A DNA stretch of 64,000 nt from Candidatus Heimdallarchaeota archaeon (lineage in GTDB: Archaea; Asgardarchaeota; Heimdallarchaeia; JABLTI01). Below are positions 56,207 to 64,000 of this stretch, piece by piece. The DNA is taken from contig JABCTZ010000032.1 in NCBI GenBank assembly GCA_018238155.1, forward strand, positions 96,001 to 160,000. Direction: 5' to 3'. Each line of letters opens with the position of its first letter. Position 1 is the first letter of the stretch. A program made the position numbers and the translations under genes. The notes under the pieces are model-generated. The model ran no database searches, was not told the origin of the DNA, and was given only the letters and a program-made list of their open reading frames with translations.

Positions 56207-56917
56207 TTGTTATTTGAGGTTAAAATAATGTTACATAATTTTGTTTTTCGAAATAAAATAGTTCGAGTTCTCGAGGATAGATTTACTAATTGGGAACAGA
56301 AAGGCTTAATGATTTCATCTTTAATCGAGAAAGAAAGCAATGGATTAGCAATTTTTGTACGTTTAGTAGAAAAACACAGAAAAGTAAAAATAAGAAAGGG
56401 AGCTGCATCTGTTGCTGCTTATATGAAATATAAACAAGTAGCACCACAATTTGTCGAAAGGATTTTTTTGGAGAAGGACTGGAGTGTTAGATTTGCTCTC
56501 TCAGCTACAGTTGCTCGTTTAATTGGTGGTGATGCAATTAAACAATTACAGAACAAGTATAATGAGGTTCTATTGCAATTGACTGATAGTAATAAGAAAT
56601 ATTATTTGACTGTACATTTTGCCGAGGGTTTAAGTTCCATGGGTTTAGAAGAAGCTATTCCTATTTTAATTGGGATGCTTAACCAAGCAATTAACCATCA
56701 ACGGAAACAATCGAATACTCTCATTGTACAGATTCTCTATGGTTTAGGAGAAATTGGCAATGAAGAGGTTATTGATGTTTTACTTGAAAAAAGAAATGCG
56801 AATGCTTTCTTTGCAGAGAATGTTAAAAATAGTGCTCATCATGCATTGGATAAACTTGCCAAGAAATATGGGGCAAGCTCAATTGCACGATATATAGAAA
56901 AAAAGAAGAAAAATTAG
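56207..56917 (+). CDS. HEAT-repeat protein
   Basis: DWSVRFAL, AEGL..MG.EEAIP.L, GLGEIGNEE and A..AL.KL units. Confidence 0.65.
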   Translation: MLFEVKIMLHNFVFRNKIVRVLEDRFTNWEQKGLMISSLIEKESNGLAIFVRLVEKHRKVKIRKGAASVAAYMKYKQVAPQFVERIFLEKDWSVRFALSATVARLIGGDAIKQLQNKYNEVLLQLTDSNKKYYLTVHFAEGLSSMGLEEAIPILIGMLNQAINHQRKQSNTLIVQILYGLGEIGNEEVIDVLLEKRNANAFFAENVKNSAHHALDKLAKKYGASSIARYIEKKKKN

Positions 56918-57032
56918 TATAAGGTTTTGTTCACGTGCATCCAAACTTATTAAAGGAGCTAGAATACAATTTCGTCTTGTATCTCAATACCATCTCATCT
57001 ATTCCTAAATATCACTAAGAAGAGGGTAATTT

Positions 57033-58427
57033 TTGTTTACCAATAGAGTAATTCTCCAAGCACATCTAAAGATGCACATATCTAACATCTTATTCTTTGC
57101 GTTAAATGTATTTCATATTATTTTAGCTTCAACATCAAATATTGTTACCCAAACTGATACTTTTCTAAAATTCAGAATACTATTTTTTAATGATTTTAAC
57201 ACTACAAGATTTCTTTTAGCTTTAGGAATTGTAATATCTCAAATCATTTTATCATATATAGTTTTGTTTAGAAAATTCCGAAAAACAGAGCTGGTATTAA
57301 TAACAGAAAATGGTTTAACTGGAGAAAATAATGATAAAATTCTCCATGATTTGCGAATTAATTCCAAACAAATTTATCAGTGGGTACATTCGCTTGCAAG
57401 TGAACAAGGTATTAAATCTATCAAAAGAATTTATCTTACTGACACAAGTATACCTAATGCACTAACTCTTGATGTCTTGCCACTACCTTTTATCAGGAGA
57501 TCTTGGATTGTTTTAGATGCAAATGTTCTAGAAATACTTGAAAAACGAGAGATAAAAGCTGTTATTTCGCATGAATTAGGTCACGTAAAAAGATTTGATG
57601 GCATTGTGAATCTATTTAGATTTGGAGTTAATTTTCTTGTGTTATTAGCATATGCTTTTTTCATCATATCAATAGTATATCATATAATTGCTGTTCAACC
57701 TATCGTAGCATTAGATATTGCCTTGAAAATTGTTTATTTACTAGTTGTTTTATTCATTATTTATATTTTAACAATAATTAACAATCTTTTAATCAATTTA
57801 TCAAGAAGACAATCTGAATTAATTGCAGACCATTATGCTGCTAGAACTACAGGACGAAATCACATAATAAATGCTTTAGTTTTAATAGGGCAAAGAATGG
57901 ATACAATTTCTGCTTTTGGGACTGAATTTAAGTGGTTAGGCAGCCTAGAAGGAAAAGAAAATCTAACAAGAGAATTTATTCAAGGGTTGAAAACTCTTCC
58001 AACAAAGGAAATATCCAAGAAAATTTCACGAGAAAAAGCAGTATCAATTTACGTTAGTCAACGATTGAAAAATATCCGTGATGATTTATTCGTACCTCTA
58101 AGTGATGAACAAATCAATACATTAACAGAGGTTTCAAGTAAGAAGCTCTTGAAAGTTAGGGAAGACTCTGTAGAAAATGGATTTGCTCTACATAGACAGC
58201 TAAAAACTGATATACATAAACTAACAATTAATTGGTTATTAATAGACAAAGATAAAGATTTGTACTTAAATGATGAAGAAATTGATAGTTTAATTAAGAT
58301 TATTAAGAGTAATCCTGAAAAGGAATTATTTGAGGAAGAAATACAAAAGAAAAGAACAATAATTGGTTATGATCATCCTTCTATAAAACAACGAATACTC
58401 TTTTTATACGAATCATTAAAAAAATAG
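57033..58427 (+). CDS. M48/HtpX-family membrane metalloprotease with a helical insert
   Basis: PNA, E..AVISHELGH, SR..E..AD and HPS...RI; about 150-aa insertion before HPS. Confidence 0.85.
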   Translation: MFTNRVILQAHLKMHISNILFFALNVFHIILASTSNIVTQTDTFLKFRILFFNDFNTTRFLLALGIVISQIILSYIVLFRKFRKTELVLITENGLTGENNDKILHDLRINSKQIYQWVHSLASEQGIKSIKRIYLTDTSIPNALTLDVLPLPFIRRSWIVLDANVLEILEKREIKAVISHELGHVKRFDGIVNLFRFGVNFLVLLAYAFFIISIVYHIIAVQPIVALDIALKIVYLLVVLFIIYILTIINNLLINLSRRQSELIADHYAARTTGRNHIINALVLIGQRMDTISAFGTEFKWLGSLEGKENLTREFIQGLKTLPTKEISKKISREKAVSIYVSQRLKNIRDDLFVPLSDEQINTLTEVSSKKLLKVREDSVENGFALHRQLKTDIHKLTINWLLIDKDKDLYLNDEEIDSLIKIIKSNPEKELFEEEIQKKRTIIGYDHPSIKQRILFLYESLKK

Positions 58428-58544
58428 CTCCCACTTAGAAAATACTTTTTGAATACTTTCAGTTTACTCTTCAGAAAACCTTCCTAAATAAGAAAAGCTT
58501 ATTCTATTCTGAATTGTGCTTATGTTAATTGTTCCATTGGGTGA

Positions 58545-58823
58545 TTGATAATGGTGACCAAAGATTATACTCAGAAAAACACTAATCGTGATGTTTCTGT
58601 AGATGATCATTTAGAAACAAATGATTTTTGCAATGAGTGTTTATACAGTTGGTGTTCCAAAAGAGATAAGGTTTCATATTGTACAATGAAATCAAAAGGA
58701 TTATTTGAGTGCAGAAGTTGCATGATAAAATTAATGAGTGCTTATGAAAAAGAGATTCTAATTAGTGCTGAAATTAAAATCGCTAAAAAAGAGAAAATAT
58801 CTTCAATAATATACTCTTTTTAA
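58545..58823 (+). CDS. Small Cys-rich protein
   Basis: CNECLYSWC-x8-C-x9-CRSC. Confidence 0.45.
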   Translation: MIMVTKDYTQKNTNRDVSVDDHLETNDFCNECLYSWCSKRDKVSYCTMKSKGLFECRSCMIKLMSAYEKEILISAEIKIAKKEKISSIIYSF

Positions 58824-58921
58824 TAGGATTTCACTAATTTAGTCACAAGTCATATTATTTCGAGAAAATTTTCTATCGTTCTGCACAATTCCAAAGGGTT
58901 TTATTTAGGATAAGACACCTA

Positions 58922-59371
58922 TTGCTAAACAACTTAGCGGAATTAAACTTGATAATCAATTTACATTTCTACTACTGGCATGAGGTAATGGGTCCATTAT
59001 CTTTCTACTCTTATGGTGATTTTGAGATTACTCAAGAAGATATTTTCATGCTCTTAAGTTCAGTGGAACCTTATACTGTATCAAGTGAATCAACAATTTC
59101 CGGACCATATTTTATTGATGATAAGATCATTATGGTCTATAACAGAAGTATAAATTATCCTGAAGCAAATGATGAACGATTGCGAATTATGGGTACTGAT
59201 TGTTGGGTCATGCTTTCCTGTGAAATTGAGAATGAATTAGTTCTTTTGAGTAAAGTAGAAATTGTTAAAATGATTTTAGATATTGAGTTTGGTACCATAG
59301 AAGAAATTAGTCAACTAACCACTGAAATGGCTGAACAATCTGCGAAAGCAATTCTAAACATCTATAGTTAA
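58922..59371 (+). CDS. Stand-alone uDENN/longin-like domain protein
   Basis: LHFYYWHEVMGP start resembles the beta1-(F/W)-x4-GP signature; D.RL...G motif. Confidence 0.45.
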   Translation: MLNNLAELNLIINLHFYYWHEVMGPLSFYSYGDFEITQEDIFMLLSSVEPYTVSSESTISGPYFIDDKIIMVYNRSINYPEANDERLRIMGTDCWVMLSCEIENELVLLSKVEIVKMILDIEFGTIEEISQLTTEMAEQSAKAILNIYS

Positions 59372-59543
59372 TCTTTTTTTAACATTCAAAGCTATCGGAA
59401 TGATTATTATAATATTAATCTTCTATTAATACGAGAAAACGCCCTAATCTAATGGTCACTTTTGTCCAAAGAAGTCAAAAATGGTGCCCAGAGATAGATA
59501 GGGTTGAATAGTTTATATTAATACAATAACTGGTGAATGTTAT

Positions 59544-60968
59544 TTGTTCGATTTACTAAGATATGGTATCACTACTGGAGAAAAGTTAGGTGCAGCTTAC
59601 GTTGAAGCGCGTTTTGATGACCTACAACTTCGAACTCTAGTAAAAGAGAACCAAAAAATTAAGGAAACAAATCTCAACAGACGTAGAGGACTGGGAATAG
59701 TCGCCTATTATCAGGGTGTCCCAGGGTATTCCTTCACTGCGAGTTTAGAACGAAAGGCAGTAAAAGACTGTGCAAAAAATGCAGTGGGAATTGCAAAAGC
59801 TTCATCTAGTATTGCTAGTATAAAACTTGATTTTGATCGCAGAGAAAAAACAACAAAAGTACATGATCTTAAATTACCAATCAAAAAACATCCAAAGGAT
59901 TTTGATTTGGAATATAAAATCGATTTAATGAATCGTATTGAAACAACTGCACTTGCTGATGTTGACTGGGTTAAATCCTCAAGAGCTTTTTATGGAGAAT
60001 CTTATGGTAAAAAGGTCTTCATGAATAGCGATGGAGATGAGATTTCTTGGGAACCATTAGTTATCGACTTAAGAGTAGGATTAACTGCAGCAGGTTCAGG
60101 AGATAATCTCGTAAGTGGAGGAAATGGAAAAGGTGGCTCAAAGGGATTAGAGCTCTTTGATCTTAAAGAAAATACTCCTGAATACTTAGGAAAAGAAGTT
60201 CATAAATGGACAAATGAGCAACGAGAAGCGAAAGCTGCTCCTGCGGGAAAAAACCGAGCACTATGTGATAATAACTTAAGTGGTGTTTTAGCTCACGAAT
60301 CCTTTGGTCACTGTACAGAGGCAGATTTCATTTTGACAAATAGCTCTGCATTAAAGGATAAAATCGGTGTTAAAATTGGAACCGATATAGTGAATATTTA
60401 TGATGAAGGAACACCCGAAGGTGATTACAATAGTTTCTGGTTACCTTATGATGATGAAGGTACGAAAACAACAAAAACAGTTCTAGTAGAAAATGGTATA
60501 CTGAAAGGATACCTTCACAATAGATCTACAGCAAAAATGCTTGGAGCTGAACCATCTGGAAATGCAAGGGCAATACATTATCGTTTCAATCCAATTCAAA
60601 GAATGAAAAATACCTATTTTGCTCCTGGCAATCTAACTGAAGAAGAAGCTATTGAGCAACTTAAAGAAGGGATATATGCAATCCAAACATCTGGAGGGCA
60701 AGTGAATCCAAGTGACGGGACATTCCTGTTCAAAGCAAGAAGAGGATACTGGGTGGAGAATGGAGAAATTAAATATCCTATTAAAGATGTTACAATCAAA
60801 GGGGATATTTTAACGCTATTAACGAACGTTGAAGGATTAACAAAAGACTTAGAGATGTCTAGTGGATACTTTGGAGGATGTGGGAAAGGAGGACAATACC
60901 CATTACCTGTTGGTTTTGGCGCATCTAAGATACTTTTCTCCGAGGCAATTTTTGGAGGCGAACAATAA
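59544..60968 (+). CDS. tldD: TldD metalloprotease subunit
   Basis: HESFGH..EAD, DDEG, GNAR, RM.NTY and CGKGGQ. Confidence 0.9.
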   Translation: MFDLLRYGITTGEKLGAAYVEARFDDLQLRTLVKENQKIKETNLNRRRGLGIVAYYQGVPGYSFTASLERKAVKDCAKNAVGIAKASSSIASIKLDFDRREKTTKVHDLKLPIKKHPKDFDLEYKIDLMNRIETTALADVDWVKSSRAFYGESYGKKVFMNSDGDEISWEPLVIDLRVGLTAAGSGDNLVSGGNGKGGSKGLELFDLKENTPEYLGKEVHKWTNEQREAKAAPAGKNRALCDNNLSGVLAHESFGHCTEADFILTNSSALKDKIGVKIGTDIVNIYDEGTPEGDYNSFWLPYDDEGTKTTKTVLVENGILKGYLHNRSTAKMLGAEPSGNARAIHYRFNPIQRMKNTYFAPGNLTEEEAIEQLKEGIYAIQTSGGQVNPSDGTFLFKARRGYWVENGEIKYPIKDVTIKGDILTLLTNVEGLTKDLEMSSGYFGGCGKGGQYPLPVGFGASKILFSEAIFGGEQ

Positions 60969-62329
60969 TGAATTTTGATACTTTAAAAGATGATCTTTTA
61001 TCCCTTGCTGATACAGGTTTAAACTATGCTAAAAGCAAAGGTGCTGAGCAAGCAGAAATTTATGTTAGCAGTATGCATAATATCAATATTAACAACCAAT
61101 CCGGTATGATTGAAGCCAAAGATGGTTTAAACGAAGGTATTGGTGTTCGTATTGCTATGGGTAAATACCTCGGTTTTGCTGCTATGAGTGGTTTAACAGA
61201 AGAAGCGTTAAAACATGCTGTATCTGAAGCAATGTCGGTAGCAAAGTCCGTGAAACAAGAAAACAAAGGTTTTGAGTCCTTTATTTCAAAAGGAAAAGTA
61301 GGCAAAGATGGTCTTCTTGATTCCAATATTGTTTCTATGTCTACTGAAGAGTTAGTTAATAGTGCTAATTTGGTTTTTCAAGATGCAAAAGATTTTGACA
61401 AAAGGGTTATCTCTCCCTCTGCTCAAGTTCAATCCTTCTATGGTGGACATGCAGTAGTAAATTCCGAAGGAGTTGCAGGTGCATCCAAAGCGACAGTTTT
61501 TGTCATTGTGACTTTCATCACTGCTGCAGAAGGTGAGAAGCGTAAGAGTGCTTTTGATTTCAAAGTAACTCGTGAAGTTCCTGAATTTGAAAATTTTGGT
61601 GCTAAAGCTGCTGAGAAAGCAGTAAAGCTTCTTGATTCAAAACCTATGGGACATACTGGAGTACTTCCCACTTTATGGAATCCAAATGTTATGTCTGGTT
61701 TCTGGCAAATGTCTCTTGCTCAATCTATCAATGGTAGGCAAGTTGTCGAGAAGAACAGTTATTTCATGGATAAGCTTGGCGATAAAGTTGGCATTGATAA
61801 ATTATCAATAACTGATGATGGACAATTACCTGAAGGTTTGAACACAACAGCAATTGATCATGAAGGTTCCACCAGACAAACTACACCTATTATTGAGAAA
61901 GGTGTTTTACGTTCCTTTTTATATGATAGTTATTACGGACGATTAGGTAAGGTTCAGAGTACTGGAAATGCTGACAGAGGTCAGGGATATGAAAGTACGC
62001 CAAATATCTCTTCATCTACAGTAGTTATCACTCCTGGAACAAAAAGCTTTGATAAAATGGTATCCAGCATCGATAAAGGTGTATATGTTATGGATAGTGT
62101 TATGGGTATGGGTCATTCAAACCTCATTTCTGGCGATTTCTCAGTTGTAGCGACATCTGCTTATTTGATAGAAAAAGGTGAAATCTCTCATCCTTTAGAA
62201 CCCATTACCATTGCCGGAAACCTTTACAAGAGCTTTAAGGATATCCAAACAATTGGTTCAGATTCAAAACTCTTACAAGCAGTTAAGACGCCTTCAATTT
62301 TATTTGATGGTTTTACTATTGTAGGTTAA
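60968..62329 (+). CDS. pmbA: PmbA/TldE subunit
   Basis: Stop/start overlap with tldD (TAATG); D.EG, STGNA, GDFS and IAGNL motifs; no HExxxH. Confidence 0.88.
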   Translation: MNFDTLKDDLLSLADTGLNYAKSKGAEQAEIYVSSMHNININNQSGMIEAKDGLNEGIGVRIAMGKYLGFAAMSGLTEEALKHAVSEAMSVAKSVKQENKGFESFISKGKVGKDGLLDSNIVSMSTEELVNSANLVFQDAKDFDKRVISPSAQVQSFYGGHAVVNSEGVAGASKATVFVIVTFITAAEGEKRKSAFDFKVTREVPEFENFGAKAAEKAVKLLDSKPMGHTGVLPTLWNPNVMSGFWQMSLAQSINGRQVVEKNSYFMDKLGDKVGIDKLSITDDGQLPEGLNTTAIDHEGSTRQTTPIIEKGVLRSFLYDSYYGRLGKVQSTGNADRGQGYESTPNISSSTVVITPGTKSFDKMVSSIDKGVYVMDSVMGMGHSNLISGDFSVVATSAYLIEKGEISHPLEPITIAGNLYKSFKDIQTIGSDSKLLQAVKTPSILFDGFTIVG

Positions 62330-62337
62330 AAAAATAA

Positions 62338-62372
62338 CACCTCTGGAAATTCCCGAGGTGAAACAATTTTTT
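62338..62372. terminator. Hairpin between convergent genes
   Basis: CACCTC-tggaaattccc-GAGGTG flanked by an A7 run and a T run. Confidence 0.55.
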
Positions 62373-63428
62373 TTATCTTTTGCCACCACAAGCAGAGCAA
62401 ATTCGTTCGTATTTTTCAAATTTCTCGCCACAGAATGGACATTCATAAATGAAATTGTAGTCTTTATGTATATCTCGCACTGGAGTAATTTTTTTACCTT
62501 CCTCATCTGTAAGGATATCATCTTCAATTTCTTCTAATTTTTCTTCATCCTTTGAGGAAACACCATAATCAATTTTATTAAATCTTTTTTTAGCATAGAT
62601 AATTCCAATTAAAATTAAACTGTATATCCATTGAAAACCAAAAGAAGTACAAAAACCTACCAAGAAATTCTGAAAGAATGAATATCCAATACTCATATTT
62701 GACTCTGTTAAGGTTATAGTAAATGCCATCATACTTGAAGATGAAACTGATGATAAATTTACTTCATACTCAAGCATAAATCCATGTTTTGCAGAATAGA
62801 CGAGACGAAAATACCCAATAAATTCCTCGCCAAAATGTGTTTGAGAAACATGCCCTTGGAAAATATAAACATCTGCCCAAATACCTTGGAATGGATATTT
62901 GGTATGATGAGTAACATTTCTTCTTGGTATTGATGAGAGTGTAGTACTATATATATAGAATTCTTGTTGTTCTTTCCAATTGACAGAAATCATAGATATT
63001 GGTGCAATAATATCTGCAACCTTTAATGTGGTTGCAGAAGAATGATTTCCTTCAGTTCCAAGAGGCAACATTTTCAAAGCGTCATTTGGGTTAATAATTG
63101 GTGTTCCAACTCTATAACCACTATCTGAATAATTTAAATTGAAATCTCCATTAGATTGAACTTGAGCAACAGAAAGTTCAAAGCTATCAATATTTGCAAA
63201 AGCTACAACACTAAGACCAACAATGTCAGTTCCAGTATAGTTAAAATCCCATTTAAAAGCACTTCCTGCTTTTATGCCACCAACTACGATGGCTCCTTGA
63301 GATTCTGATATTGAAGAAATAGTTGTGCCTACTCCTAAGCATATCAAGATTACTAATGCTGTTTTTATAATCACAATATGTTGTTTCATTTCTCCCAAAT
63401 TCCATGGTTTTCTAATTAAATGATACAA
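62373..63428 (-). CDS. Membrane protein: signal/TM, external beta-rich domain, TM helix, cytoplasmic zinc ribbon
   Basis: Hydrophobic N-terminus, TM near the C-terminus and CPFC...CSAC. Confidence 0.6.
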   Translation of the reverse strand: MYHLIRKPWNLGEMKQHIVIIKTALVILICLGVGTTISSISESQGAIVVGGIKAGSAFKWDFNYTGTDIVGLSVVAFANIDSFELSVAQVQSNGDFNLNYSDSGYRVGTPIINPNDALKMLPLGTEGNHSSATTLKVADIIAPISMISVNWKEQQEFYIYSTTLSSIPRRNVTHHTKYPFQGIWADVYIFQGHVSQTHFGEEFIGYFRLVYSAKHGFMLEYEVNLSSVSSSSMMAFTITLTESNMSIGYSFFQNFLVGFCTSFGFQWIYSLILIGIIYAKKRFNKIDYGVSSKDEEKLEEIEDDILTDEEGKKITPVRDIHKDYNFIYECPFCGEKFEKYERICSACGGKR

Positions 63429-63502
63429 GTTAGAACATTTTTATATTTATTTCCTTAACTAACAAATATCTTCTTTTACAAAAATAGAGCTAAGAATTAG
63501 CT

Positions 63503-64000
63503 TTATTCTTTCAAATTCATATCTTTAATTAGCTTATTCATTCCATGAAGATATTTTAATAGATTGTTTTTAATTATATGAACATCACTTTGAATTTCCT
63601 TAATTTCTGCTTTAATATTTTCAATCTCTAAATCAATGATTTGTATTCTTTTCTGTAAACCAAATGTGCTTATTTCGTCGATTTTCTTCTCTTCCTTTGG
63701 TAATTGAAAGTTTATCTCAATTTCAGTGTTATTCTTTTCGTCCCGTTTGTGAAGATCTGAAGCTAATTTCTTGATTTTGGATGACTCTTTGCTTGCTTCA
63801 AAAAGTAGTTTTTCGGTTATTTTGTTGAATAATAGGTCAATATTTTCACCTGTTAATGCACTGGTATTAATATGTAATATTTCATGACCCATTTCCTTTG
63901 ATAAATTTTTCAGAAAACTCTTGAGATAATCATCATCTATATTTTTGTTGTTAATCAAATCGTACTTATTTCCAACTATAACAAATGTTTCGATTGAACC
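63503..64000 (-). CDS. Ras-superfamily (Rab-like) small GTPase with a C-terminal coiled-coil extension; 5' end lies outside the window
   Basis: Frame is open to the window edge: GSIETFVIVGNKYD (G4)...TSALTGENIDLLF (G5), then about 95 aa of charged/heptad tail. Confidence 0.8.
   Translation of the reverse strand, partial: GSIETFVIVGNKYDLINNKNIDDDYLKSFLKNLSKEMGHEILHINTSALTGENIDLLFNKITEKLLFEASKESSKIKKLASDLHKRDEKNNTEIEINFQLPKEEKKIDEISTFGLQKRIQIIDLEIENIKAEIKEIQSDVHIIKNNLLKYLHGMNKLIKDMNLKE

Noticed and set aside
1-64000. rRNA, tRNA, CRISPR arrays, integrases, transposases, canonical defence operons
   Set aside because: None was recognised by eye. tRNAscan-SE, cmscan and DefenseFinder would be needed to exclude divergent cases.

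Overview
This 64 kb window is AT-rich, gene-dense archaeal chromosome. Archaeal markers include archaeal-type MAT, DnaG, Hjc, aIF5A, an ADP-dependent sugar kinase and a group 3b [NiFe]-hydrogenase. Longin/uDENN-like domains, two small GTPases, PCI-like winged-helix arrays, solenoid proteins and a eukaryote-type eIF5A loop suggest an Asgard archaeon, possibly Heimdallarchaeia; this assignment is inference, not a database result. I found no rRNA, tRNA, CRISPR array or intact mobile element. The best candidates for new biology are: (1) a 974-aa single-pass receptor-like protein with external PPC repeats, a coiled coil, tandem winged helices and a C-terminal HEPN-like domain (11099-14023); (2) a GC-rich nested-stem candidate ncRNA followed by a hairpin/oligo-T end (39943-40068); (3) two unusual M48 membrane proteases, one fused to Sm/LSm-like barrels and one with an EF-hand-like loop; (4) an SR-like insert in DnaG; (5) a LeuCD-like hydro-lyase with altered catalytic motifs; (6) several apparent pseudo-enzymes; and (7) bacterial-style hairpins at many gene 3' ends. 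All domain calls come from motif recognition by eye.
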